From NCBI GenBank assembly GCA_964016885.1, contig OZ024766.1, forward strand, positions 10,292,001-10,356,000: DNA of 64,000 nucleotides, read 5' to 3'. The position numbers and the translations under genes are program-made. Positions 36,901 through 47,766 of this stretch are shown here, one piece after another (the first letter of the stretch is position 1; each line of letters opens with the position of its first letter). The DNA is from Eledone cirrhosa. Its lineage: Eukaryota. The notes under the pieces were generated by a model, which worked only from the letters and a program-made list of their open reading frames with translations, searched no databases and was not told where the DNA came from.

Positions 36901-37548
36901 TATATACACATGTACCACGTGGTTAAACCACTGGGAGTGAAGGACCCCTAGCCTTTGTCAGGGCATTCTTCTAGGAGAAGGTAACTCAGGAAACTGGGAT
37001 AACTCCGATATAAAACCTGCGGCTCAGTAGTTACCGATGATGTTGATCTTTTCTTCTTTTCGGGTTATAGCTACTGTCTCTCAGAGAGTGGGATTGGCTC
37101 AGTGCACAGTCTTTCCTCACTTTAAAATATATCTTCACACACAGCCATTGCACGATAGAATTAATTAATAATTATTAATAATGGTATATTGTGCAATGGC
37201 CATACTCGATAACGAGGGGGCAGCCATCATACATATATATATGTATATATATATATATCTATATCTATCTATATATATATATATATATAATGTATGTGTG
37301 ATGATGATGATGATATCGTTAGTAACTAATACTTATTTTTTTCCTTCTTTTTTCATTTACTTCATCACCACCACCACCTCTAGGCTGATGTGAAGACCAA
37401 GCTGGAGCACCCTGACCAGCGCCCAGTACACTCCCTCTGCCACCACCCGTCAGATGCCGTCTTGCTCACAGCCTCCGGCAGTAAGATGTTTCTGTGGACA
37501 TCACGTTACCGTGGCAACGAAGGGCTCCCATCGTCTTCTTCGACCTGA
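8790..37548 (+). CDS. WDR83: WD repeat-containing protein 83 (MORG1) orthologue, 7 coding exons, 321 aa; join(8790..8895,13266..13490,18369..18481,21345..21477,25489..25597,29387..29501,37384..37548)
   Basis: The spliced translation (DCKQGAVRNVRFNSDGEYCVSCGSDKTLKLWNP...GHGSEVLDA...SGGMDKSVILWDVATGQV.RKYRGHAG...FNEESTIILSGSVDG...EAKDSVTSIQVSEHEILSGSADCYIRRYDLRIG...SSLDSQLRLFDKQTG...YSGHRNSEYKIDSCL...SGSEDGNVYIWDL...VHSLCHHPS) follows the remembered WDR83 sequence along its whole length. All six introns are GT..AG with matching phases; total 966 nt including the stop. Confidence 0.95.
8922..10990. repeat. 48-bp minisatellite, about 43 copies, WDR83 intron 1
   Basis: Unit gataaaatacacccagtacactctgtaaagtggtagtgttggtgtcat. 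Confidence 0.97.
11175..12083 (-). mobile_element. RTE LINE (family B) 3' fragment with an internal 80-bp x4 tandem amplification
   Basis: ORFs 11642..12034 and 11189..11506 (FRYLGD, LHGSETW, RLRWYGHV, GRGRPRKTW); (CAT)n tail. Confidence 0.92.
12085..12185 (+). pseudogene. Partial duplicate of the WDR83 exon 2 acceptor plus the first 52 nt of exon 2
   Basis: ttaaccctg...cccag|ctgatggtgaatactgcgtaagttgtggcagtgacaaaacccttaaattgtg is near-identical to 13217..13317. Confidence 0.9.
13266..13490 (+). CDS. WDR83: WDR83 coding exon 2
   Basis: Acceptor ttccctcttctcccag|; (S)DGEYCVSCGSDKTLKLWNPYRQLQLKTYLGHGSEVLDANSACDNAALCSGGMDKSVILWDVATGQVKRKYRGHA; donor CAG|GTAAGA. Confidence 0.95.
13498..18086. 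repeat. GGTGT/AGTGT-based G/T-rich satellite filling most of intron 2
   Basis: Almost exclusively G/T with sparse A; internal duplication at 2004-bp offset. Confidence 0.97.
18369..18481 (+). CDS. WDR83: WDR83 coding exon 3
   Basis: Acceptor ccttcctgtcaacag|; (G)TVSCVKFNEESTIILSGSVDGTILCWDSRSRKSEPIQ; donor CAG|GTTGGT. Confidence 0.93.
18617..19010. repeat. 48-49-bp tandem repeat, about 8 copies, from the RTE 3' UTR
   Basis: cactgtaaagtggtcatgtaggtgtcacgacaaaaagcacccagtcca; runs into the SINE/RTE tail motif. Confidence 0.9.
19118..20565. repeat. 65-bp minisatellite, about 22 copies, two interspersed variants
   Basis: tctctgaa(t/c)tgagaga(tcac/ccat)agctctgatactat(g/a)gacatgtggttagaatgtctcaggaaagaa. 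Confidence 0.96.
20976..21042 (-). ncRNA. Type I hammerhead ribozyme (left arm of a fold-back)
   Basis: Reverse complement reads ttttat CTGATGA aaacacaaatattatt-gcat-gatgatgtttgttttt GAAA tgcgca TA ataaaa. Confidence 0.8.
21159..21225 (+). ncRNA. Type I hammerhead ribozyme, sense in WDR83 intron 3
   Basis: ttttat CTGATGA aaacacaaatatcatc-gcat-gatgatgtttgttttt GAAA tgcgca TA ataaaa. Confidence 0.85.
21345..21477 (+). CDS. WDR83: WDR83 coding exon 4
   Basis: Acceptor ctctcttcttcag|; KLNEAKDSVTSIQVSEHEILSGSADCYIRRYDLRIGRLTCDYVG; donor A|GTGAGT. Confidence 0.95.
21520..22180 (-). repeat. RTE family A 3' UTR with a 112-bp unit x about 4 (also at 44830-45435 and 47192-47770)
   Basis: ggactgtctggcgggttttctacagctggatgccc...cacattacagcgt repeats every 112 bp. 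Confidence 0.9.
22494..22561 (+). ncRNA. Type I hammerhead ribozyme, sense in WDR83 intron 4
   Basis: aattttat CTGATGA ggacgtac...gtacctct GAAA tatgta TA ataaaatt; 8-bp stem I. Confidence 0.85.
23075..23122 (+). mobile_element. Helitron 3' terminus remnant
   Basis: cccgaacaacgccggg hairpin followed by ccattctgCTAG|T. Confidence 0.65.
23183..24720 (-). mobile_element. RTE LINE (family B), internally deleted, in WDR83 intron 4
   Basis: ORFs 24009..24509, 23494..24048 and 23210..23539; RT core deleted after RQLQ; (CAT)n tail. Confidence 0.9.
24967..25430 (+). mobile_element. Same SINE family, with an internal 127-bp duplication
   Basis: Same head, body and tail as 54186; the segment starting cagctgtagaaatgagatgataggg recurs at 25085 and 25212. 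Confidence 0.85.
25489..25597 (+). CDS. WDR83: WDR83 coding exon 5
   Basis: Acceptor ccttctcttccag|; (K)TITCVTLTKDNQCVLTSSLDSQLRLFDKQTGQLLN; donor GA|GTGAGT. Confidence 0.94.
25619..26820 (+). mobile_element. tRNA-derived SINE whose 3' part is amplified into an 84-bp x about 12 minisatellite (25795-26820)
   Basis: Head ggcctagtggttagg...gggttcgattt, body cttgggcaag; unit ttaaccctgtgatggactggtgtcctgtccagggggaagtc...gacagac (28-aa periodic ORF). Confidence 0.8.
26947..29357 (+). mobile_element. Non-autonomous Helitron in WDR83 intron 5 carrying a RepHel fragment
   Basis: 5' A|TCTATATATATAA; internal CCLEGKV..P..EDPP, HFRSN...FQMTSFGA, FTFKIQGQCYHLIGSLLP (Helitron N-terminal motifs); 3' hairpin cccgg-gtgaag-ccggg then CTAA|T. 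The 5' boundary is less certain than the 3'. Confidence 0.75.
27060..28540. repeat. About 92-bp GA-rich minisatellite inside the Helitron
   Basis: aaggccgttatacagagagagatacaattaaagtgtt(t/a)gatattcagaggggg(ga)n. Confidence 0.93.
29387..29501 (+). CDS. WDR83: WDR83 coding exon 6
   Basis: Acceptor tcttcacag|; (E)YSGHRNSEYKIDSCLNNMDNLILSGSEDGNVYIWDLIS; donor AGT|GTGAGT. Confidence 0.94.
29655..31590. repeat. 51-bp minisatellite, about 38 copies, derived from the RTE ORF C-terminus
   Basis: The minus strand translates as (RGRPRKTWAEVVRADLS)n; preceded by a decayed RTE 3' end at 29520-29655. Confidence 0.95.
32232..32567 (-). mobile_element. Same SINE family
   Basis: Reverse complement of the 54186 type. 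Confidence 0.85.
32757..34500 (+). mobile_element. 5'-truncated, internally deleted RTE LINE (family A relative)
   Basis: ORFs 32953..33813 and 33693..34118 are RT pieces; in-frame stop near 32914, YADD degenerated to YAED, deletion after LIAE; ends in GATGATGAT. Confidence 0.92.
34501..36657 (-). mobile_element. 5'-truncated RTE-clade LINE (family A), uninterrupted 557-aa RT ORF 34859..36532, 3' UTR and (GAT)n tail
   Basis: RT motifs QFGFVSGKSTTDA, AFVDLEKAFDRV, GVHQGSVLSPLLF, LLYADD; C-terminal RLRWYGHVMR...GRPRKTW; (CAT)n on + at 34501-34520. Confidence 0.95.
36696..37165 (+). mobile_element. Non-coding retroposon-like element (related piece at about 1410-1520)
   Basis: Shares gagagtggga.tggct..gtgca...cacagccattgc with 1450-1518; ends in an (AAT)-type tail; family not determined. 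Confidence 0.5.
37384..37548 (+). CDS. WDR83: WDR83 coding exon 7 (last, stop TGA)
   Basis: Acceptor cacctctag|; ADVKTKLEHPDQRPVHSLCHHPSDAVLLTASGSKMFLWTSRYRGNEGLPSSSST*; matches the final WD repeat (V.SL..HP...LLTA). Confidence 0.9.
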   Translation, partial: ADVKTKLEHPDQRPVHSLCHHPSDAVLLTASGSKMFLWTSRYRGNEGLPSSSST

Positions 37549-37628
37549 TCTCCTTGGGATGGTCATGGCTGTGGAACATCTTCGAACATAGGTCAGTATT
37601 GCTGGGTCGGGACTGACAACAACATGGA

Positions 37629-38310
37629 AGGACACATTAGATAATGTAGTCCTAGGTACACTGTGTCTGTATATAAGACAGGACACATTAGATAATGTAG
37701 TCCTAGATACACTGTGTCTGTATATAAGACAGGACACATTAGATAATGTAGTCCTAGGTACACTGTGTCTGTATATAAGACAGGACACATTATATAATGT
37801 AGTCCTAGATACACTGTGTCTGTATATAAGACAGGACACATTAGATAATGTAGTCCTAGGTACACTGTGTCTGTATATAAGACAGGACACATTAGATAAT
37901 GTAGTCCTAGATACACTGTGTCTGTATATAAGACAGGACACATTAGATAATGTAGTCCTAGGTACACTGTGTCTGTATATAAGACAGGACACATTAGATA
38001 TTGTAGTCCTAGATACACTGTGTCTGTATATAAGACAGGACACATTAGATAATGTAGTCCTAGGTACACTGTGTCTGTATATAAAACAGGACACATTAGA
38101 TAATGTAGTCCTAGATACACTGTGTCTGTATATAAGACAGGACACATTAGATAATGTAGTCCTAGGTACACTGTGTCTGTATATAAAACAGGACACATTA
38201 GATAATGTAGTCCTAGATACACTGTCTGTATATAAGACAGGACACATTAGATAATGTAGTCCTAGATACACTGTGTCTGTACAGAAGATAGGTCACATTA
38301 GATAATGTAA
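37629..38310. repeat. 51-bp minisatellite just downstream of the WDR83 stop
   Basis: ggacacattagataatgtagtcctag(g/a)tacactgtgtctgtatataagaca, about 13 copies. Confidence 0.95.
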
Positions 38311-38384
38311 TTTTAGACAAAACATAATTACCTGACCACTCCCTCTTGAAAATTGCCAGGTAGTTATGTTTTGTCTAAATTACG

Positions 38385-39410
38385 ACCATTAGGTCCTTCG
38401 TCGAAATGGAAAGTTTTCCATCTAACTCTGCGTATAAAGTCGTTTGTTCGCTGTATCATCCCGACGGTATAATCCATTCTCAAATGTATAGGAATGTTCT
38501 TTAGGGACATACCTATGTAATGCTTTTCCATAGTACCGTATGTTTAGGTGGTTGTTCGACCGATAAGGAGCCTGTAGTTAGGGAAGCAGAAAATTGCTTT
38601 TTGTGATCCAGTACGTGGTTAAGAAAGCCAGTTTCATGGATGGTTTCAACGTACAGTTAGGGGTAACTCCACAAGTTTGTAAGAATTCTGTTCAATCTTG
38701 GAGTATAAAGTATAAAAGAGAAAACACAGGTAAGCATTAAGAGAAGGATTTTATCCAGGTATTTACGACCGTTTCATTGGTAAGTGCAACCTTATATTGT
38801 TTTTCCAAATTCACATAGATACAGCAAAATCCTTAACACTAAATCTATTAGACTATCTTACTCCACGGCACCAAATATGGAGGCACACATTAAGATGCTT
38901 AACGCTAAAAAGATACATAACAACACCAAAACACAAATTTACAACAATAACAATACAATCACCATTGAACACAACAGAATATCTAATACACAACCACCCG
39001 CTAATAGGCAAACAAAATGTAACACTTGTACAGGCATCGCAGCCCACCAATAATGCCAAAGTTGCCCATGACAAGAACTGTAACTGCCTCCTACCTGAAA
39101 CCTGTCCATTACAAAATGAAAGTATGCAGTCTAACCTGGTTTACCAATGCACAGTGGAATCAGACAACCAGAAATGGTATTACATCGGAGCGACTGGGAA
39201 TACATTTAAAGCCCGTTGGTATACACACCGTTACGCAATGAAACATTCCCAGCACCGTTATGTAACTACCCTTGCAAACAAGACCTGGCAACTGAGGGAA
39301 AGTAACCATCAATACACCCTGAAGTGGAAAAAATTATCGAACGCGCCCCCATATCGGAGTGTTATGAGAAGCTGTCAATTATGCGACCTTGAGCTGTTCC
39401 ACATCCTGAG
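38385..39410 (+). mobile_element. Penelope-like element: GIY-YIG C-terminal ORF part (+, about 38802-39410) joined to an inverted pLTR/ORF N-terminus (-, about 38800-38385)
   Basis: + strand FPNSHRYSKILN...LSYSTAPN and CNC...CPL...VYQCTV...YIGATGNTFKARWYTH...CQLC; - strand MEKHYIGMSLKNIPI...FIRRVRWKTFHF and a hammerhead 3' half GAAACGGTCGTA. Confidence 0.85.
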
Positions 39411-39629
39411 TGCTGTAATGGAATCTGTGCTGCTGTACGGGTCTGAGACTTGGACACTGACCAAGAAACTCACTCAGATGGTGGATGGGTGCTACACGAG
39501 AATACTGAGGATCCAGCTATAGAAATCAAGCCAGAATCAGTTCCCGTCCCACCCTTGCAAGCAGGGAAAAGCGGACGTAAAATGAAATGAAAAAAAAATG
39601 AAATATGTGAAACCCTTGCAAGCAGGGAA

Positions 39630-41470
39630 AAGCTGCCCATGTCTCACTACCATGCAGCATCGCGCTCCTCACACAGGCATCATACAACTGGCCTTTCGTA
39701 CACAGGGAGAAACCCTTCTTCGTCAGCAGAGGAAGCAGCTCCCTAAACTTCTTCCAACCCGTCCTTATTCTAGATACTATGGCCTCAGAACACCCTCCTC
39801 CCATGCTAATCTGATCTCCTAGGTACCGGAAGCTATCCACCACTTCTATAGTAGCCGCCTGCATTTGAAAAATGTGTCTATCAATGCGACTTCTACTGTC
39901 TAATTTCCCTGTACATCTACTGCATACATATTTCTCCCTACCTGTTAGTTTGCCTGCTATCCCGCTGCATCTCTTGTGTACCCAGGATCTGCATTGTGTG
40001 CATTTTATAGAATTTATGCCAGTTCCTTTTCCGTATATCGAACATGGCCATTTCCCTGACGGAATCAGGGTTTTGTTCTCTTTTCTACTCATCAACACTT
40101 TCGTCTTAGCTAGATTCACTCTCAGTCCTCTTGCTTCCAACTGCTGTTTCCATAACCAGAATTTATTCTCTAGCTCCTCTACTGATTCTGCTATAAGAAC
40201 CAGATCGTCAGCATAGAGAAGTTCCCATGGACAGCCAGTCTTAAACTCCTCTGTTATGGCTTGGGGGACTATAATGAACAAGAGCGGGCTGAGGACCGAA
40301 CCTTGATGTACTCCTACTTGTATCTGGAATTCCTCACTAAACCACATTCCTACCCTGACTTTACTGACAGCACCTCTGTACAAAGTTTGCACTGTTCTCA
40401 CAAGCCATTCCTCTACACCCAGCTTCCTTAGGGACCACCAGATGACAGATCGGGGTGCCCTATCAAAGGTCTTCTCTAGGTCAATAAAGGCTAAGTATAG
40501 TGGCTTATTTTTCTCTAAGAACCTCTTTGCAATTGTCTCACCAAGAAGAGGGCATCTGTTGTACTCTTCCCTGGCACAAAACCAAACTGCATCTCATCTA
40601 GTTTGACCCTTTCTCTAATTAGTTGTGCTAATATCCTTTCTGCCACTTTCATAACCTGATCCATCAGTTTTATACCCCTATAATTGCTCCTCTCCAGAGC
40701 ATCCCCTTTACCTTTGTAGCAATATATGAGAATACTGCTGCACCAGTCTTTGGATATGACACCACCATATATAGCCTGATTGATGATGCGTGCAACCAGT
40801 TTAGTGCCTACGTCCCCTGATGCCTTCAGCATCTCAGCAACTATTCCCGATGGTCCAGCAACCTTACCATTTTTCATTTCCTTAATCGCCTCTTGGACCC
40901 TATATTCGTCAATCTCAATAGCTGGTCCCTCTATCAGATCTACTGAGGGTAATTCTCTCTCTGCCATTCGTTCTCCACATTCATCAGTCTCTCATAATGA
41001 CATTTCCAGGCCTCCTTTTTCTGATCTTTCGTGACACTAAGTACACCGGCATCATCCCGGACACATTTATCTCCAACAACATCCTGATTTGCATTGACAC
41101 ACTGCCTTGCAATGTGGAACACCGCACGCCTCTGATATTCCCGTCGCAGAACATTGACAAACCTCCTACTCTCCGCCTGCCTGCGTGCTAAGTACACCTG
41201 ACGTCTAGCTTCTCTCTTAGTGGCTGTATATTCTTCCCTACTCCCACCCTTTTTCCAAGCCTTCCATGCTAGTCTTTTGTCTCTAATGGCCTTATCTACT
41301 GTGCTGTTCCACCACCAGGTCACTCTCTGTCTGGTTGGAGCCCTGCTCCAACCACAAGTTTCATCAGTAGCCTGCAGCAAGTTGTCACGTAAGAAATTCC
41401 AGTTATTATCTATGTCATACGTCTCTAAATCGTCTTCTTTTTCGTCATATACATCTTGAAGGGCGTTCCT
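39630..41470 (-). mobile_element. RTE LINE (family B) fragment with frameshifts
   Basis: ORFs 40940..41380, 40515..40967 and 39526..40401: TWWWN, QFGFVPGKSTTDA, GVHQGSVLSPLLF, LLYADD, Cys-rich insert. Confidence 0.92.
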
Positions 41471-41755
41471 AAATTATTTATAAAACTGTTTATATATTGT
41501 ATTTTATCTGACGAAGGCATGCCATATTTTAATTTGTCTCTCCTTATTATTTATCTTTCTTTTTTTCTCTCTCTCCTTCTTTTTCTCTCTCCTTTCTCTC
41601 GGTTTTTTCTTTCTCTCCGTTCTTTTTTCTAACTGTGCTTAACACTATAACTAATAAAATAATTATAAACATTTCACTATCCAGACAGCTTCCAAAAATA
41701 ATGGTCGCTTATAATAGGGTACGTCAAAATTATTTATAAAACTGTTTATATATTG

Positions 41756-41820
41756 TATTTTATCTGACGAAGGCATGCCTTATTTTAATTTGGTATCCCT
41801 GAAATATGTATAATGAAATA
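41756..41820 (+). ncRNA. Type I hammerhead ribozyme
   Basis: tattttat CTGACGA aggcatgcc...ggtatccct GAAA tatgta TA atgaaata; a truncated 5' half is repeated at about 41500-41530. Confidence 0.82.
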
Positions 41821-41889
41821 AATATGGTTTTATAAATATAGTTTCCATTTATTTAATATCGTATATATATATATATATTTTTTTTATTT

Positions 41890-42160
41890 TTCTAGGGCGG
41901 GTAAAATTCCCGAGATCCATGGACGAGATCTCTCCAGCGGTCTCTGTCCCTCATTATCGCTGCCATGTCCTGCGTCTCCAACAGACCAGTGTCTGTCCTT
42001 AGGGCATCAACATACGTTAACCTTGGTCTTCCTCTTCCAGTGTGTCCATGCAGGGGCTCCCACAGGAGCACTGAGTGCAATGTCAACTCTGGATGTCAGT
42101 GAGCATGTCCAGCTAACCTCAGTCTCTTCTGTGTCACTTTTGAGCTGACTTTTGGGAGAA
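41890..42160 (-). mobile_element. 3' fragment of a third, diverged RTE-like LINE (related piece on + at about 39410-39510)
   Basis: SVLLWEPLHGHTGRGRPRLTYVDALRTDTGL...RDRDRWR; the second piece reads ESVLLYGSETWTLTKKLTQMVDGCYTRILR. Confidence 0.75.
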
Positions 42161-42404
42161 AATATATATATATATGACGGAGAAAGAGACGATTATTAGG
42201 AAGAAAAATATATTTTTTCCCTTTTTTGTTTCTTTCTCTCTCTTTTCTGGGTTAGAAAATGATTAAAACGAAATGTTTTATTTTGTGTGAAGTGTTAAGG
42301 TTTTAGTTGATTTATTTATTATTTAACAATGGCATTTATTTATATATTTAATTATTGTCTATTACCGGTTTCAGCATTTTTATATATATATTTATATATA
42401 TATA

Positions 42405-42464
<60 letters not shown>

Positions 42465-42505
42465 CGAAACATAAGTCAATTGCATGAACTCATAATCCTT
42501 TATTT

Positions 42506-42561
42506 ACTGCTATATATATTTAGATGATAGCCATTGAATGGCTACGACCTCATCAGGCAGT
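42506..42561 (-). ncRNA. Hammerhead ribozyme copy with core mutation G12->U (probably inactive)
   Basis: Reverse complement reads actgc CTGATGA ggtcgtagccatt-c-aatggctatcatc TAAA tatata TA gcagt; same family as 3712 with compensatory stem II changes. Confidence 0.7.
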
Positions 42562-43225
42562 TAGTCAGTTCTTAGATATGCCAGCTCTGTGTTTATAGTG
42601 TTGATGGTATCAGAGCCTTGGGACATATGAGCTTGTTAGGAATAATTTAATGTTGTCAGCAGGGATAGTCTTGATTCTCATTGGTCAGTTTGTAGATGGT
42701 AGTAGGGTTGGTATTTGACTTCAAAGGGGCAGGTGGTGTTGTAAAGTTCAAACCATCAGGCAAGATGACAATAGTTCCATATGACTGATTTTCACAAAAG
42801 GCATTCCTGGTTAGATATATTTCCAATTGAGGTTTATAGTATGAAATAGATACTACAGGTTGTTCTTAAATTGAGGAATTTATGTGGAGTGGTGCTACTG
42901 AAATTTATGGTTAGGGTAGAAAGTTTACAAATAAAAAGACTTATGTAGGTTGGCTTGCACTACACTCACACCCATCTTCACAGACACACACACATACACC
43001 CACATCCACAGACACACACACACATCCACACATACAAAATGTGGGGTGGTAATACTTAATATAATGGTTAGAGTCAAATACTTAGATAGTTTAGAAAATT
43101 TAGAAATAAAAGGTTTATGCTGGGTCACTTGTACATACACTCACACCTACCCCCTCAGACACTCACACATCTACACACACAAATCCATACAGGTGTGTAT
43201 ATATATATATATGTATGCATGCATG

Positions 43226-44615
43226 TCATCATCATCATCATCATCATCAACGTTTAACGTCCGTGTTCCACGCTTGCATGGGTTTGGACGGGGGTAGTCC
43301 CACTTGAGGCAAGAGTGATTGTCTTGCTCGCATAGGACTGTCTGGCAGGTTTTCTACAGTTGGATGCCCTTCCTAACACCAACCACATTTACAGTGTGGG
43401 TCTGGGAGGTTTTTACCGTGTTGCCTACACGGCCACATTACAGCGTGGACTGTGTGTTTTTTTGTCGTGACACCTACACGATCTCATTTGTTTCGGCCCG
43501 GATGGCGCGGCACCAACATAACTTTACATAGGACGGGGTGGTGTGGATGGGGTGGGGGTGGTGGTGGTGGGACGGGGTGTATTTTGTTAGAGATGCCTAC
43601 TGGCAAGGCGGGTCTTCTCTGTTACTGAGTACCGCCAAAGGTCTCGGTCCAGTGACATTGTCTTGGAGAGGTGTAAGTGTGTGAGGTCGGAGTTTATCAG
43701 CTCGTCCCAGGTTTTTCTAGGTCTGCCTATTCCGTGGCTACCGTCTATCTTTATTGCCCTGCACTTTGTTATACAGCTATCGACTTTCATGCGCATCACG
43801 TGTCCATACCAACGTAGCCTTCTCTCGAGTAAACAACATCTGATCCCTCTTATCTCTAATTTTTTCCTTAGTTCGTTTATGCTTTGCCGTTCACGTATAT
43901 TACTGTTACACATCCAGCGGAGCATGCAAGCTTCGTTCCTCTCTAGTCTGCGTATATCCTCTGCACACAATGCCCAGGTCTCACTGCCATGCAACATTGC
44001 TGTTCGTATGCAGGCATCGTACAACCTGCCTTTCATTTTTAGGGAGAACCCTTTAGCAGCTAATAGTGGTATAAGCTCTCTGAACTTTTTCCAACCAGTT
44101 CTGACTCTAGCTACAGTACTTTCAGAGCACCCTCCCCCACTGCTGATTTTATCGCCCAGGTAACGGAAGCTGTCCACTATTTCTATAGAACCCTCTGCGC
44201 AATTGAAAGAGCTAGTATTGTGTGGGCACTTGCTGCTACTTATTGCACCAGAACACCGGCCACATGTAAAATCTATGTTCTTAGTTAGCTTACCTGTGAT
44301 CCCACTACATCTTTTATGCACCCATACTTACGCACAGATATACATATCATCATCATCATCATCATCAACGTTTAACGTCCGTGTTCCACGCTTGCATGGG
44401 TTTGGACGGGGGTAGTCCCACTTGAGGCAAGAGTGATTGTCTTGCTCGCATAGGACTGTCTGGCAGGTTTTCTACAGTTGGATGCCCTTCCTAACACCAA
44501 CCACATTTACAGTGTGGGTCTGGAAGGTTTTTACCGTGTTACCTACACGGCCACATTACAGCGTGGACTGTGTGTTTTTTTGTCGTGACACCTACACAAT
44601 CTCATTTGTTTCGGC
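43226..44615 (-). mobile_element. RTE family A 3' fragment (about 1.1 kb) plus a second tandem 3'-UTR fragment (44346..44615)
   Basis: ORF 43587..44321 translates identically to the C-terminal part of 34859..36532; same 3' UTR. Confidence 0.93.
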
Positions 44616-46565
44616 TATATATATAATATAAAATATTTAAAAAATAATGAATAAAACAATGAAACAGCTCCCTACATTAAACAAAAAAAGCCCACCATTT
44701 AACGATCGCCCCCAGGACATATATGTGTCAGAACCGGCATGCACACTCAAAAGATCCATGTACAAAATTATACAAACCACCAAAGAGAATACAATTGGAC
44801 ACTACCGTAAACTTTTGGTAGATTTATCTACATCATCATCATCATCAGGTTTAGCGTCCGTGTTCCACGCTTGCATGGGTTTGGACGGGGGTTTTCCCAC
44901 TTGAGGCAAGAGTGGTTGTCTTGCTCGCATAGGACTGTCTGGCGGGTTTTCTACAGTTGGATGCCCTTCCTAACACCAACCACATTTACAGTGTGGGTCT
45001 GGGAGGTTTTTACCGTGTTGCCTACACGGCCACATTACAGCGTGGACTGTCTGGCGGGTTTTCTACAGCTGGATGCCCTTCCTAACACCAACCACATTTA
45101 CAGTGTGGGGCTGGGAGGTTTTTACCGTGTTGCCTACATGGCCACATTACAGCGTGGACTGTCTGGCGGGTTTTCTACAGCTGGATGCCCTTCCTAACAC
45201 CAACCACATTTACAGTGTGGGGCTGGGAGGTTTTTACCGTGTTGCCTACACGGCCACATTACAGCGTGGACTGTCTGGCGGGTTTTCTACAGCTGGATGC
45301 CCTTCCTAACACCAACCACATTTACAGTGTGGGGCTGGGAGGTTTTTACCGTGTTGCCTACACGGCCACATTTACAGCGTGGACTGTGTGTTTTTTTTGT
45401 CGTGACACCTACACGATCTCATTTGTTTCGGCCTGGATATAATATATATATATATACACAGAACATACATATCGGATATTGTTTATCGTTAATTCGTAAG
45501 CTGTTTTTCCGATTCTCGATTATTCTACTAAAATATATACATACAGAAACATAAAAATATATATATACATAAAATACACACATAAAACATACATACATAC
45601 ATATATATAAAATACACATACACATATATATAAAATACACATATATACACATAAAATACATATATATATACACATCATCATCATCATCATCATCATCAAC
45701 GTTTAACGTCCGTGTTCCACGCTTGCATGGGTTTGGACGGGGGTTTTCCCACTTGAGGCAAGAGTGATTGTCTTGCTCGCATAGGACTGTCTGATACACA
45801 TATATATAAAATACACATACACATATATATAAAATATATACATACATATATATAAAATACACATATATACACATATAAAATACATATATATATACACATG
45901 ATACACATATATATAAAATATATACTATATATACATATATATAATATACACATATATGCACATATAAAATATATATATATATATATACACATGATACATA
46001 TATACATATATATATAAAATATATACATACATATATATAAAATACACATATATACACATAAAATATATACTATATATACATATATATAAAATACACATAT
46101 ATACACATATAAAATACATATATATATACACATGATACACATATATATAAAATATATACATATATATAATATACACATATATGCACATATAAAATATATA
46201 TATATATATATATACACATGATACATATATACATATATATATAAAATATATACATACATATATATAAAATACACATATATACACATAAAATATATACTAT
46301 ATATACATATATATAAAATACACATATATACACATATAAAATATATATATATATATATATATATACACATGATACATATATACATATATATATAAAATCA
46401 GGTTCAATAAAACGTGGTTTAGATGACTCCTAACCAGTAGAGGATCTGGTGGACCATCCACCATAGGGACCACAAACCATGGGTGGTTGTTGTCCATTGG
46501 TCATTGGTACGGGGTGTAGGGGACCTACAGGGGGGGGGGGGCTTGTAGGAGGCCGTAACCGGAGT

Positions 46566-47070
46566 TTATCCATATAGCTTAAGGAAAGTTCCCGTCCTTA
46601 GGTGTCTGCAGGCACCGAATAAGTCGGCCCTTCTGTTTAATAGCTTGGTTTCGCCATGAAGAATCTCGAGTGTCTCACTAAGACAGAGGTTGCAAATACC
46701 AGACCCTCCTCTGTCTGGGGGGAACCTTTCTAACCACGGACCAGACCAGAGAGTGCGGGGACTTTTCAAGTTTGAGCTTCCAGATCAATTCAGAAAGGGC
46801 CGTACATTTCCTCTTATCTATTCTGTTAAAGGAATGGCGATGGTTATACCACCTATCTTTGAAGCTCGTCGCTGTGGATCCTATGTAATGGTGTTCCGAG
46901 TTAGGGGTTGTGACCTTGCACCTGTAGACCACGTTTTTCGTCATGCATTCATTACTAAGAGGGCATAGTGATGGGTCTCTGCAATTACATGACTTCTTAA
47001 GCCCCACCACATGTACCGCGTGGTTACCATCCCTCGGGGTTGGCTGGGTAGCCTCCGCAATCAGCACAGG
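46566..47070 (-). mobile_element. Penelope-like GIY-YIG endonuclease fragment (frameshifted)
   Basis: CNCRDPSLCPLSNEC...VVYRCKV...YIGSTATSFKDRWYNH, then CNLCLSETLEIL...LLNRR...CRH. Confidence 0.88.
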
Positions 47071-47766
47071 GTCGTTGGGTTCCGGTGTGCTAGTTGGGCC
47101 TGTCCGGGTTCTGATGCATCCTGCGTGCTGGTTCTGTTGGGTGGCTCCAGAATATATTTATATATATATTTATATATTTATATATATATATATCATCATC
47201 ATCATCATCATCATCATCATCGTTTAACGTCCATATTCCGCGCTTGCATGGGTTTGGACGGGAGTTTTCCCACTTGAGGCAAGAGTGGTTGTCTTGCTCG
47301 TATAAGACTGTCTGGCGGGTTTTCTACAGCTGGATGCCCTTCCTAACACCAACCACATTTACAGTGTGGGGCTGGGAGGTTTTTACCGTGTTGCCTACAC
47401 GGCCACATTACAGCGTGGACTGTGTGGCGGGTTTTCTACGGCTGGATGCCCTTCCTAACACCAACCACATTTACAGTGTGGGGCTGGGAGGTTTTTACTG
47501 TGTTGCCTACACGGCCACATTACAGCGTGGACTGTCTGGCGGGTTTTCTACGGCTGGATGCCCTTCCTAACACCAACCACATTTACAGTGTGGGGCTGGG
47601 AGGTTTTTACCGTGTTGCCTACACGGCCACATTACAGCGTGGACTGTGTGGCGGGTTTTCTACGGCTGGATGCCCTTCCTAACACCAACCACATTTACAG
47701 TGTGGGGCTGGGAGGTTTTTACTGTGTTGCCTACACGGCCACATTACAGCGTGGACTGTCTGGCGG

